A stretch of 64,000 bases of DNA from Nitrospinales bacterium (GTDB lineage Bacteria > Nitrospinota > Nitrospinia > Nitrospinales > VA-1), in NCBI GenBank assembly GCA_965223795.1, contig CBDCXL010000001.1, positions 448,001 to 512,000 on the forward strand, in the 5' to 3' direction. A program made the position numbers and the translations under genes. Positions 1 to 9,347 of the stretch are shown here, one piece after another; position 1 is the first letter of the stretch, and each line of letters begins with the position of its first letter. Under the pieces are notes generated by a model. It had not been told where the DNA came from. It worked only from the letters and a program-made list of their open reading frames with translations, and ran no database searches.

Positions 1-3
1 CCT

Positions 4-828
4 TTGTTGAAAGCACGCTTGCTACAGACCCTCGTCTTCATTCTGCTGAGCGCACCCGCAACCGGGGCCAGCGGCGGGATCGCGTTCGATTCCACCCAGT
101 CCAAGCTGCGCGAAGGGGTCCGGGAGTACTCCGGGCAGGCTTTCGACAAGGCGGAACAGAAATTCCTCGAAGCCCAGGGCGGCCGGCCCGACGATCCGGG
201 CATCGCCTACAACCTCGGCAACAGCTACTACAGGCAGGGAAAGTACAAAGACGCCCTGCAGGAATACATTCAGGCGGCCTCCGGCAACTCCGGCCGCCCG
301 CTGAAGCAGAAATCGCTGTACAACACGGGCAACACGCTGTTCCGGATGGGCAAGCTGGAGGAGTCCGCCCTGGCCTTTAAAAAGGCGCTGGAACTCGATC
401 CTTCGGACATGGACGCCAAATACAACCTGGAGTTCGTGCGCGAACAGATGCAGAAACAGAAAAATTCCGGCAACGCGCCCAATCAGGATGAGGGTGAAGG
501 AAAAGGCGACGGCGATCCCACGGACAACGACGGAACGAACCCCGATCCGGGCGGCGATCCCGGTGATTCCGGCGCACCGCCGGGTTCTCCCAGACCCGGA
601 GAGCAAGGCCCCTCCGGGCAGGCACAGAAACCACCGGCTCCAACGCCGGATTCCACTCCGGCCGGGGAGAAACCGCAGCAGACCGCGCAGGCCGAATCGA
701 ACGGCGAACTGACGGAACAGCAGGCCGAACGGTGGCTGGGCTCCCTGGATGAGAATCTCAAGCGATTTCAGAAACGCAAGTCCGAGCTGCGCGCCGGCGG
801 AACCGCACAGCCGGAAAAGGACTGGTGA
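4..828 (+). CDS. batC: BatC-like TPR protein (Bat aerotolerance operon)
   Basis: Signal peptide; TPRs (YNLGNSYYRQG, YNTGNTLFRMG, AKYNLE); low-complexity Q/G/P linker; C-terminal 'AERWLGSLDE...EKDW'; directly upstream of BatD- and BatE-like genes. Confidence 0.75.
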   Translation: MLKARLLQTLVFILLSAPATGASGGIAFDSTQSKLREGVREYSGQAFDKAEQKFLEAQGGRPDDPGIAYNLGNSYYRQGKYKDALQEYIQAASGNSGRPLKQKSLYNTGNTLFRMGKLEESALAFKKALELDPSDMDAKYNLEFVREQMQKQKNSGNAPNQDEGEGKGDGDPTDNDGTNPDPGGDPGDSGAPPGSPRPGEQGPSGQAQKPPAPTPDSTPAGEKPQQTAQAESNGELTEQQAERWLGSLDENLKRFQKRKSELRAGGTAQPEKDW

Positions 829-832
829 CCGC

Positions 833-2665
833 ATGCGGGCGCGTTGTTCAAAGGCATCCAAAATATTGCAGCGATTCCGGCTCGCGGCTTTGGCGTGCTG
901 CCTTTTCGTGACCGCGGCGTTCGCGTCCACGGCGCGGGCGGACGGCATTGCGCTGACCGCCACGGTGGACAAAACCGAATTGACGTTGGAGGACAGCCTG
1001 CAGCTTTCCCTGACGCTGGAAGGCGTGCGCAACGCGCCGCCGCCGACGCTGCCGGAGCTGCCTGAGTTCCGTATCCGCTCGCGCGGCACCGCCTCCTCGA
1101 CGCGGATCATCAACGGCGAGACGCGCGTGGCGTTCACCTACAACTACCTGCTCGCGCCCACGAAATCCGGCTCTTTCGAGATCGGCCCTTCCAGCGTGGA
1201 GGTGCAGGGGAAAACCTACCGTTCCCAGCCGATCCGCGTGAACGTGGCGAAAGCGCCGCGCAACCCGGCCGCCGCCAGCACGCTGGCGTACATCAAAACG
1301 AAGGTCTCCAATAAAAACCCGTATGTGAACGAGCAAATCATCTACACGTTCCAGCTGTTCCGCAAGGTGGAAGCGAAGAACCTCGATCTGAAACTTTCTT
1401 ACGACGACAGCCAGTTCCGCAAGGAGGACATGGGCGACGCCCGCATCTACACGCGCGTGATCAACGGCGTCCGGCACCATGTGCACGAACTGTCGGTGGC
1501 GCTGTTTCCCATTCATGCGGGCCGCATGACCATCCCCGGAGCCGAGATAGAGCTCGATCTGATGAACCGCAGCGGCCGTGCGTCGCGCCAGGATCCGTTT
1601 TCCCTGTTCTTCGACGATCCGTTCAACCGCTCGCGCTCGCAGGCGATCCACAAGATTCTGCGCTCGGACGCCGTCCATCTGGACGTCAAGCCGCTGCCCC
1701 AAAAAGGCAAACCGGCCGATTTCACGGGACTGGTGGGGCAGTTCGACATCAGCTCGACGCTGAGTTCGACGCAGCTCGAAGTGGGCGACAGCACGACCTG
1801 GACGGTGACCGTGACCGGCCCTGCCAGCGTGAAGGATTTTTCCCTGCCCGCGCCGGACGTGGGGGACGCGTTTAAAATTTATCCCGACCAGCCCAAAACC
1901 AAAACGGGCATGCTGGGCAACAGCCTGGCGGGCGAAAAGACGTTCAAGTTTGCGCTGGTGCCGCTGAAGCCGGGTCCCGTCAGCCTGCCGCCCGCGTCGC
2001 TTTCCTGGTTCGACCCGAAAAAGAAGCGCTACCGCACGGAAATGACGGAGCCGATTTCGATCACCGTCGTGCCGCCTTCGGGCGAGGACACGCTCAAGGT
2101 CACCAAGCCCGAGCTGCCCGCCGGGGGCAAGGGCAAAAAGGAGGTGGAGATCCTGGGCGAGGACCTGTTTCCGATCCACACCCGTGACGGCGATTTCGTA
2201 AACCAGCGGTTCACGCGCACGGACGGTGCGGTGGCCGCCGCCGGGCTGGCGTTTCCGGTGCTGGTGTTTTTCGTAGTTTCGGGCTACATCCGCCACCGGC
2301 AGCGGCTCAAGCACGATGTCGCGTTCTCGCGCAGGCAGAGAGCGTTTCAATCGGCGGCGGCGCTGCTGCAGCAGCTCAGCAAGCGGTCGCCGCGGCCGGA
2401 GCCCAAGGAATTCGCGCGCGAACTGTCGCACATCGTGCGCGAGTATCTCGGCGACGTGCTCAACCTGCGCGGCCAGGCCATCACGTCCCGCGAGGTGCAG
2501 ACGAAACTGTGCGCCATGAATTTCACGGAACAGCAGGCGGACGCCGCCAAGCGGCTGCTGGAAAAACTGGATTCCCTGCAATACGCGCCCGCCGCTTCGG
2601 GCGGCGGCCAGGATCTTTTGCGCCAGTCGTGGGAACTGATCAAGAACCTGGAGAAATCCGAATGA
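833..2665 (+). CDS. batD: BatD family protein
   Basis: ATG 4 nt after the batC stop; Ig-like repeats (ATVDKTEL, NPYVNEQIIYT, GLVGQFDI); C-terminal TM helix; operon context. Confidence 0.8.
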   Translation: MRARCSKASKILQRFRLAALACCLFVTAAFASTARADGIALTATVDKTELTLEDSLQLSLTLEGVRNAPPPTLPELPEFRIRSRGTASSTRIINGETRVAFTYNYLLAPTKSGSFEIGPSSVEVQGKTYRSQPIRVNVAKAPRNPAAASTLAYIKTKVSNKNPYVNEQIIYTFQLFRKVEAKNLDLKLSYDDSQFRKEDMGDARIYTRVINGVRHHVHELSVALFPIHAGRMTIPGAEIELDLMNRSGRASRQDPFSLFFDDPFNRSRSQAIHKILRSDAVHLDVKPLPQKGKPADFTGLVGQFDISSTLSSTQLEVGDSTTWTVTVTGPASVKDFSLPAPDVGDAFKIYPDQPKTKTGMLGNSLAGEKTFKFALVPLKPGPVSLPPASLSWFDPKKKRYRTEMTEPISITVVPPSGEDTLKVTKPELPAGGKGKKEVEILGEDLFPIHTRDGDFVNQRFTRTDGAVAAAGLAFPVLVFFVVSGYIRHRQRLKHDVAFSRRQRAFQSAAALLQQLSKRSPRPEPKEFARELSHIVREYLGDVLNLRGQAITSREVQTKLCAMNFTEQQADAAKRLLEKLDSLQYAPAASGGGQDLLRQSWELIKNLEKSE

Positions 2666-3408
2666 AGCGCATGGGACTGCTGACCGGGCTGATCCTGTTA
2701 TTGTGCTTTGCGGCGCAGGTCCCGGCCGATCAGCAGGCGGACGGGATCTTCAAGGCCAACCAGCTGTATCTGCAAAAGGACTACGAAAGCGCCGCCGAAC
2801 GCTACGAAGCGCTCATCGCAGGCGGCCTGCACAACGGCTACCTGTACTACAACCTGGGCAACGCCTACGCGCGGCTCGGCAAAACCGGGCCTGCCGTCCT
2901 CAACTACATCAAGGCCAAGGAGCTGCTGCCGCGCAACGAATCGCTGGACGCCAACCTGAAATACATCCAGCGCCAGACGCTCGATCCGGTGACGCCCCCC
3001 TCGCCCGGCCTGCTCAGGACGGTGTTTTTCTGGGCCGACGCCTTCAGCCTGAACGAGCACATGAACATCCTCCTCGCCGCCAATGGCCTGTTCTGGATGG
3101 TGCTGCTCGGCTGGTTCCGCTACCGCAACGGGGCCTGGGACCTGGCGCGCAAAACGGCGCTGGCCGTGCTTGTGGCCGTCCTGTGCGCCGGGGCCATCCG
3201 CTATTATCTCAATCCTTTCGAAGACGCCGGCGTCGTCCTGGCCGAACGCGTCGAGGTCAAATCCGCTTCGGGAAAAGACAATGTGACCTTGTTTCAGCTG
3301 CACGAGGGAGCGATAATAACCTTAACCGAAGAAAAAAACGGTTGGGTGCGCATCGTTCTGACTCCCGACAAAACGGGCTGGGTGCCCAGGGAGTCCATCG
3401 GCACCTGA
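2662..3408 (+). CDS. batE: BatE-like TPR + SH3 membrane protein
   Basis: ATGA overlap with batD; TPR (YYNLGNAY); two TM helices; SH3-like 'LHEG...GWVRI...GWVP'. Confidence 0.8.
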   Translation: MKRMGLLTGLILLLCFAAQVPADQQADGIFKANQLYLQKDYESAAERYEALIAGGLHNGYLYYNLGNAYARLGKTGPAVLNYIKAKELLPRNESLDANLKYIQRQTLDPVTPPSPGLLRTVFFWADAFSLNEHMNILLAANGLFWMVLLGWFRYRNGAWDLARKTALAVLVAVLCAGAIRYYLNPFEDAGVVLAERVEVKSASGKDNVTLFQLHEGAIITLTEEKNGWVRIVLTPDKTGWVPRESIGT

Positions 3409-3440
3409 CGGGTCTCTTTCCAAAAGCGGAGCGACAGGCC

Positions 3441-5663
3441 ATGAAAGCAAAACTTCCCCGCACTCCAGGCGGCTGGGGCGCGTTACTCTATTCCTTCAAA
3501 CAATCGCGGCGCGCGGGCGGCGTGTGGCCGATGTTGCGCGCGCTGATGAGCAAAAACAGCTGCAAGAGCTGCGCGCTCGGCATGGGAGGCCAGTCCGGCG
3601 GCATGCGCAACGAGCGCGGCCATTTTCCGGAAGTGTGCAACAAGTCGATCGCCGCGCAGGCGTCAGACATGCAGGGCATCCTGCCGGTCAATTTCTTCCA
3701 GGAACACGACGTACAAACGCTGAGCGGATGGACGCCGCACGCGCTGGAGACGAGCGGCCGCCTGGTGCAGCCGGTGATCTGCGAAGCGGGCGACACCCAC
3801 TACCGGCCGGTGTCCTGGCAGGAGGCGCTGGAACGGACGGCGGAACAGCTGCGCGGCACCACGGCGGAGCGGACGTTTTTTTACGCCAGCGGGCGCTCTT
3901 CCAACGAGGCGGGCTTTCTTCTGCAGCTGTTCGCACGGCTTTACGGCACCAACAACGTCAACAACTGTTCCTACTACTGCCATCAGGCTTCCGGCGTCGG
4001 CCTCACGCAGAGCCTGGGGACGGGAACGGCGACGCTGAAGCTGGACGACCTGGACGCGGCGGACCTGATCTTCCTGATCGGCGCCAACCCGCCGTCGAAC
4101 CACCCCCGCTTCATGCGCACGCTCATGGAAACGCGGCGCCGCGGCGGCAAGGTGATCGTCATCAATCCGGCGCGCGAGCGCGGGCTGGAACATTTCAGCG
4201 TGCCTTCCGACGTGCGCAGCCTGCTGTTCGGCTCGGACATCGCCAGCACCTTTCTGCAGCCGCACATCGGCGGCGACATCCCGCTGCTCAAGGGCATCGC
4301 CAAGGCGCTGTTCGAGATGGCGGAAATCGAGCCGGGCATTCTGGCCACCGATTTCATTTTGCGGCACACGGACGGCTACGCCGCGTTCAGGCAGGACCTG
4401 GACGGCTGCAAGTGGCAGGAACTGGTGGAGGCGTCCGGCATTTCCCACGACGCAATCAAAGACGTGGCGCGCCAGTACGCCGGCGCGAAGAACGCGGTGT
4501 TCGCCTGGGCGATGGGCGTCACGCATCACGCGCACGGGGTGGAGAACGTCGAGTCGATCGTCAACCTGTCGCTGCTGCGCGGCATGGTGGGGCGCAAGGA
4601 CGCCGGGCTTTTGCCGCTGCGCGGGCACAGCAACGTGCAGGGCATCGGCTCGGTGGGCGTGACGCCCAAGCTCAAGCAGGCGGTGTTCGAGAACCTCGAA
4701 TCGCTGTACGGCATCGAGCTGCCCACCGGCAAGGGACTCGACACGCTGAGCTGCATGGAAGCGGCGAAAGAGGGCCGGTTCGATTTCGCCTGGAACCTGG
4801 GCGGCAATCTGTACGGCTCCAACCCGGACTCGGCGTTCGCGAAAGCGGCGCTGGAGAACATCGATTTCATTCTATATATGAATACGACGCTGAACCAGGG
4901 GCACTTCAACGGCCGCGGCAAGACCACGCTCATCCTGCCGGTGCTGGCGCGCGACGAAGAACCGGAGCCGACGACGCAGGAGAGCATGTTCAATTTCGTG
5001 CGCCTGAGCGAAGGCGGCGAACCGCGTTACCTGGGACCGAGAAGCGAAGTGGGCGTGATCGCGGAGGTCGCCGGAAAGGTGCTGGACCCCGAGCCGATCG
5101 ACTGGAGCGAACTCCGCCGGACGGGTAACGTGCGGCAGATGATCGGCAAGGTGCTTCCCGGATTCGACAAGATCACGGACATCGACAAAACGGGCGAGGA
5201 ATTCCACATCGCCGGCCGCACCCTGCACGCGCCGAAGTTTCCCACACCCGACGGCAGAGCCCGGTTCACGGTGTGCGCGGTGCCCAATCTGGCTCATGGC
5301 GAGCCGCAGGGCAACGGCAACCGCTTCCGCCTGATGACCGTGCGGTCCGAAGGCCAGTTCAACACGGTGGTGTACGACCTCGACGACAAGTACCGCGGCA
5401 TCCCGACGCGCAACGCGGTGCTGATGAACCCCGAGGACATGCAGGCTCGCGGCATGAACGAAGGCGAGACGGTGCGCGTGCAGAGCGACACGGGGTCACT
5501 TGCGGGACTCACGCTGTTTCCCTTCCCCATTAAGGCGGGCAACATCATGATGTATTATCCGGAAGCCAACGTGCTGGTGCCGCGTTCGCACGACAGGCAG
5601 TCGCGCACTCCCTCTTTCAAATCCATCAACGTGGTGGTGGAGCGGGAAGAAGCCGCCGGGTGA
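3441..5663 (+). CDS. FdhF/YdeP family molybdopterin oxidoreductase
   Basis: GGWGAL N-terminus, CKSC, YASGRSSNEA, NCSYYCH, PLRGHSNVQG, TVRSEGQFNT, YYPEANVL. The long upstream part of the listed ORF overlaps batE, so the start is placed at ATG 3441. Confidence 0.9.
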   Translation: MKAKLPRTPGGWGALLYSFKQSRRAGGVWPMLRALMSKNSCKSCALGMGGQSGGMRNERGHFPEVCNKSIAAQASDMQGILPVNFFQEHDVQTLSGWTPHALETSGRLVQPVICEAGDTHYRPVSWQEALERTAEQLRGTTAERTFFYASGRSSNEAGFLLQLFARLYGTNNVNNCSYYCHQASGVGLTQSLGTGTATLKLDDLDAADLIFLIGANPPSNHPRFMRTLMETRRRGGKVIVINPARERGLEHFSVPSDVRSLLFGSDIASTFLQPHIGGDIPLLKGIAKALFEMAEIEPGILATDFILRHTDGYAAFRQDLDGCKWQELVEASGISHDAIKDVARQYAGAKNAVFAWAMGVTHHAHGVENVESIVNLSLLRGMVGRKDAGLLPLRGHSNVQGIGSVGVTPKLKQAVFENLESLYGIELPTGKGLDTLSCMEAAKEGRFDFAWNLGGNLYGSNPDSAFAKAALENIDFILYMNTTLNQGHFNGRGKTTLILPVLARDEEPEPTTQESMFNFVRLSEGGEPRYLGPRSEVGVIAEVAGKVLDPEPIDWSELRRTGNVRQMIGKVLPGFDKITDIDKTGEEFHIAGRTLHAPKFPTPDGRARFTVCAVPNLAHGEPQGNGNRFRLMTVRSEGQFNTVVYDLDDKYRGIPTRNAVLMNPEDMQARGMNEGETVRVQSDTGSLAGLTLFPFPIKAGNIMMYYPEANVLVPRSHDRQSRTPSFKSINVVVEREEAAG

Positions 5664-5718
5664 GTTTCGGGAGCCACTCGCAACCCGGAGCCATACTACT
5701 GAAAGCAAGGAGAAAAGC

Positions 5719-6138
5719 ATGCCCCCCGTCCGCCCGAAGGGATTTTTTTGCGTTCTCACCACCGGCAGGCTGACGGAGTGCCGGGATTTTTACACGCGCT
5801 GTTTCGGCTTTGACGTCGCGTTCGAAGCCGACTGGTACATCCATCTCACCGCTGAAAACGGAATGCAGCTGGGATTCCTGCTGCCCGGCCACCCGTCCCA
5901 GCCTGAGTTTTTGCACAAATCCTACCCCGGCGAGGGCGTGATCTATACCTTCGAGGTCGAGGATGTCGAGCGGGAATTCGAAAAGCTCAATAACGGCAAC
6001 GTCCCCATTCTGTTTCCCGTGAGAACCGAAGACTGGGGGCAGAAACATTTCATGATCCGGGACCCGGCGGGAATGGTGGTCGATGTGGTGCAGGCGGTGG
6101 CGCCCACCGATGAATACAAGGAAAACTACACAGGGTGA
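5719..6138 (+). CDS. VOC/glyoxalase family protein
   Basis: FY..CFGF, FEVEDV, EDWGQKHFMIRDPAG motifs; AGGAG RBS. Confidence 0.85.
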   Translation: MPPVRPKGFFCVLTTGRLTECRDFYTRCFGFDVAFEADWYIHLTAENGMQLGFLLPGHPSQPEFLHKSYPGEGVIYTFEVEDVEREFEKLNNGNVPILFPVRTEDWGQKHFMIRDPAGMVVDVVQAVAPTDEYKENYTG

Positions 6139-6218
6139 GGAACCGTCGTTGAGCGTAAAAAAGGCTCATTCAGGTCAATTTGAAGTATAAATATTAAATC
6201 GGTATCTTCAATACTGAC

Positions 6219-6788
6219 TCACAACCCGCCATTTCTACTGGAAGGTTTGAGCTCGCGGCTGAGGGTGCGGCGTTTCTGCTGCATGCTGATGTCGTGGCTC
6301 AGCAGCAGATGGTTGAGCATCTGCCGCCGCGACAGCGAAACGTTGTGCGTGGTGCCTTCATGCTGCACGACCAGCGTTTCTTTCTCTTCCTCTTTTTCCA
6401 CAGGGGTTTCCAGGATCTCCCGGGTCCAGTTCAACAGGAAGCGGCGGTCCCAGGGCTTGAGGAAGTAGTAGTCCGCTCCGCATTCCAGCCCCTCGATCAG
6501 CGTTTTCATCTCCCAGGTGGCGGAAAGCAGGACGACGCAGCTTTCTTTTAAAACGGGGTTGGTCTTGATGGACCGGCACAGCGAGAATCCGTCCATCCAG
6601 GGCATCTCGATGTCGCTGAAGATGAGGCGCGGCTTGTGGTCCTGCGCCAGCTTGAGGGCCTCGACGCCGTTGACGGCGGTCTGGACAGGGTAGTTTTTCT
6701 TGGCGAGGGTGTGCCGGAGCAGGTTTCTCTGCTCGGGACAATCATCGACCACCAGAATCGGGGTCTCGGTGCTGCTGGACAATGGCAT
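6219..6788 (-). CDS. Response regulator: receiver domain plus short helical tail
   Basis: LVVDD, SDIEMPWMDG, LLSA and KP receiver motifs; start is ATG 6788 or TTG 6797. Confidence 0.8.
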   Translation of the reverse strand: MPLSSSTETPILVVDDCPEQRNLLRHTLAKKNYPVQTAVNGVEALKLAQDHKPRLIFSDIEMPWMDGFSLCRSIKTNPVLKESCVVLLSATWEMKTLIEGLECGADYYFLKPWDRRFLLNWTREILETPVEKEEEKETLVVQHEGTTHNVSLSRRQMLNHLLLSHDISMQQKRRTLSRELKPSSRNGGL

Positions 6789-6944
6789 TGCTTTCAACCG
6801 GTTTGATCCCGGCCGGGGTTGCCGGGAGACTGTATTCTAAACGGAACGCGCATTCCGTATTGGGATCTTAAAGGGTGCTTGAAAAAGGGTTCCTTCCGGG
6901 GCCCATCCGTTTCAGCCCGCCCCGGCAATGGTGGCCCGCCCGGA

Positions 6945-7370
6945 TCATTGATCCGGATCGGCTCCCACCAGGAATCCTTCGAGGTGCGCTTTTTTGCTGG
7001 CGTCCCCTTTGCGGTAAACGCGGATCACTTTTTCCATCAGCTCGCGCAATTTGCGGTCCTGCAGAAGGTGCACAAACTCTTTCTGGAAAACGGACTTTTC
7101 GACATTTTCGGACTCGGCGCGGATCATCGGGCCGCGGCCGGTCAGGAGCCAGTAAATATTGATGTTGGAGTACAGACAGAGGTTGGCGAGCGTGGTGGCA
7201 GAGGGAAGAGACTTGTCATTTTCCAGATCCGAAAGAGAACCCTGGGATACCCGAATCTTTTTGGACAGTTCCACCAGCTTTAAAAGAGAATACTTGCGCC
7301 AGGCTTTCAGGCGCTTGCCCACCGTCATGATGGTGATGGTTTCTTGTGATCCGTTGTTGTCAGTCGTCAT
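6945..7370 (-). CDS. XRE-family HTH transcriptional regulator
   Basis: GKRLKAWR...SQGSLSDLENDKSLPS...NIYWLLTGRG; GAGGGAAG RBS before ATG 7370. Confidence 0.85.
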   Translation of the reverse strand: MTTDNNGSQETITIMTVGKRLKAWRKYSLLKLVELSKKIRVSQGSLSDLENDKSLPSATTLANLCLYSNINIYWLLTGRGPMIRAESENVEKSVFQKEFVHLLQDRKLRELMEKVIRVYRKGDASKKAHLEGFLVGADPDQ

Positions 7371-7516
7371 AACTTCCCTCTTCAGAAGGTGCGGGTAATA
7401 ATATGAGGCCGCGACCACTCGACCCCAATACAGTTAATTTCTCCTAAATTTGCCAATTTTTGAACTATTCTTTTTACGGAATGGGCAAATTTATTTATCG
7501 CTTCAGGAGAGTACAA

Positions 7517-7572
7517 AGCATAGGGGGGACGTATGACGAAACCGTTAAGCGTAAGTCACAGTCTTGTAACAA
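7517..7572 (-). promoter_or_regulatory. Pho-box-like (OmpR-family) promoter upstream of the XRE gene
   Basis: Minus strand has GTTAC/GTGAC/TTAAC/GTCAT at about 11-bp spacing, then 10 nt, then a TATGCT -10. Confidence 0.45.
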
Positions 7573-7774
7573 TATAAGGGATTTATGCCGATCGGGCGCG
7601 GCCGCAGCGGGGCCGGGGATTGTTTCAATTCGGGCAAAAAAGATGAAAAATCGCGGATAATTCAGGGATACAAACGGGGCTTTGGAATCGGCAGGGTGAA
7701 AAAAGGGCGGTTTTGCGGTTCCGCCCCTCCGCGGATGCCTGGGCGGTCCGCGGGGGATTGTTCCAGCGCAGGCG

Positions 7775-8458
7775 CTATTTGTCCTGAAAACGGTAGCCCA
7801 CGCCGCGGACGGTTTCGATGTATTCGCCCGCGTCTTTGAGCTTGGAACGCAGTCTCTGGATGTGCGTGTCGATGGTGCGGGAAAACACGCCGTCGCCGTA
7901 TTCCCAGATCTGCTCCAGCAGCACGTCGCGGGGTTTGATCTTGCCGGGGGATTCGATCAAACGGGCGAGCAGTTTGAATTCCGTGAGGGTCAGCTCGACC
8001 TCTTTGTTCTTCACCTTGACGGCGTGGTTGGCGAGGTTCACCGAAAGGCAGCCGTACTTGAAATGCTCCTTGGGCTCGGGCGTCGCGTACACGCGCTTGA
8101 GCACGCTTTTGATGCGCAGGATCACTTCCCGGGTGTTGAAGGGTTTGGTGATGTAGTCGTCGGCGCCGAATTCCAGTCCCAGCACGCGGTCGATTTCCTC
8201 GTCCCTCGCGGTCAGCATGATGACGGGCACGTGGGCGGTGCGCGGGTCCATGCGGATTTCCTTGCACACGTCCATGCCGCTCATGTCGGGCAGGTTGACG
8301 TCCAGCACCACGAGATCGGGCGTCTTCGCGCGGATCCATTTGACGGCGGACTCGCCGTCGGACGCGGTCTGGATCTTGAACCCGTCCTTGCCCAGCTTGA
8401 GCTCCAGCGCCGCTGTCAGATCCTTGTCGTCATCGACCAGTAAAATATTGTTTTTCAT
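7775..8458 (-). CDS. OmpR/PhoB-family response regulator
   Basis: Receiver domain plus winged helix (LTLTEFKLL, SRTIDTHIQRLRSKL, IETVRGVGYRF); no kinase adjacent. Confidence 0.92.
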   Translation of the reverse strand: MKNNILLVDDDKDLTAALELKLGKDGFKIQTASDGESAVKWIRAKTPDLVVLDVNLPDMSGMDVCKEIRMDPRTAHVPVIMLTARDEEIDRVLGLEFGADDYITKPFNTREVILRIKSVLKRVYATPEPKEHFKYGCLSVNLANHAVKVKNKEVELTLTEFKLLARLIESPGKIKPRDVLLEQIWEYGDGVFSRTIDTHIQRLRSKLKDAGEYIETVRGVGYRFQDK

Positions 8459-8629
8459 GTCTGCTTCCTTCAAAGTGGGACTCATGCCGCCGGCCCGGCG
8501 GATTCATTTCGAAACGCTGCGCATTCCCGGCCGCTGCCGGTGAACACGATGCTGCTTTGTGACTGTGGCGTCTTCACGAACGCCTTTTATTTTTCTCGCC
8601 TGAAACGGGTTCTTTTTTTTCCGCACTGT

Positions 8630-9286
8630 TCACGACCGCACGATGTTTTCCTTGTGGAAAAAGTCCAGGCAGTCGTTCACGATCCAGTCGACCTGATCCA
8701 GCAATTGGTGATCCGAATCCAACTCTTCAAGCTGGCACCAGGGATGTTCTTTCACAAACGTGCGCGATTCCGAAATGTCCACCGTATCGTCATGAATTCC
8801 ATGCACGATGCGCACGGGAATTTTTTTGCTGAACGCCAAAGTTTCCCAACGCTCCGCGTCCCGGAAAATATCCGTCTTTAGATGGATATATTTATTGTAC
8901 CGATAATGAAAGACCTGGATCAAGTCCGGAATCTGATTTTCTCCTTTAAATTCAGCCCGAAGCCGCTCCTTCCAGCGGCCGAGGAAGTTGAATCCCGGCG
9001 CCATCAGGTAGAGCGCCGCCACATCCTGACGCCGCTGGGCGATCAGGGAAGCCAGAAATCCGCCCATGCTGCTGCCGATGAGGGCGAACCGCCCTGCCCC
9101 CGATTCGTTCATGCAGCGCTCGGCGATCTCGATCTGGCTGGTCAGCGTCATGCATTGAAAATCCCCGCCTTGCAGGTCGGGAATCCGGAGCTTCAACGAG
9201 CGCTCCGCGAAAGCCTGCTTGAACACCTGGGCTTTGCTGGAACCGGGCCCCGACGCAAATCCATGCAGATAGACAAATTCCGTCAC
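8630..9286 (-). CDS. YqiA/YcfP-like alpha/beta hydrolase (esterase)
   Basis: YLHGFASGP, GSSMGG nucleophile elbow, HG..DDTV, SDH. Confidence 0.85.
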   Translation of the reverse strand: MTEFVYLHGFASGPGSSKAQVFKQAFAERSLKLRIPDLQGGDFQCMTLTSQIEIAERCMNESGAGRFALIGSSMGGFLASLIAQRRQDVAALYLMAPGFNFLGRWKERLRAEFKGENQIPDLIQVFHYRYNKYIHLKTDIFRDAERWETLAFSKKIPVRIVHGIHDDTVDISESRTFVKEHPWCQLEELDSDHQLLDQVDWIVNDCLDFFHKENIVRS

Positions 9287-9347
9287 GTTTTTTCAGCCTG
9301 TTTTGACCCAATTCCCGGCGCGGGCGCCGGATTTCCGTCCAAATCCG

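Noticed and set aside
848..2581. Long antisense ORFs (also 12513-14627, 44082-45959, 58105-59364 and others)
   Set aside because: Shadow frames of GC-rich genes on the opposite strand, with no domain signatures.
2703..3440. N-terminal 246-aa extension of the oxidoreductase ORF
   Set aside because: Overlaps batE in another frame; family similarity starts at ATG 3441.
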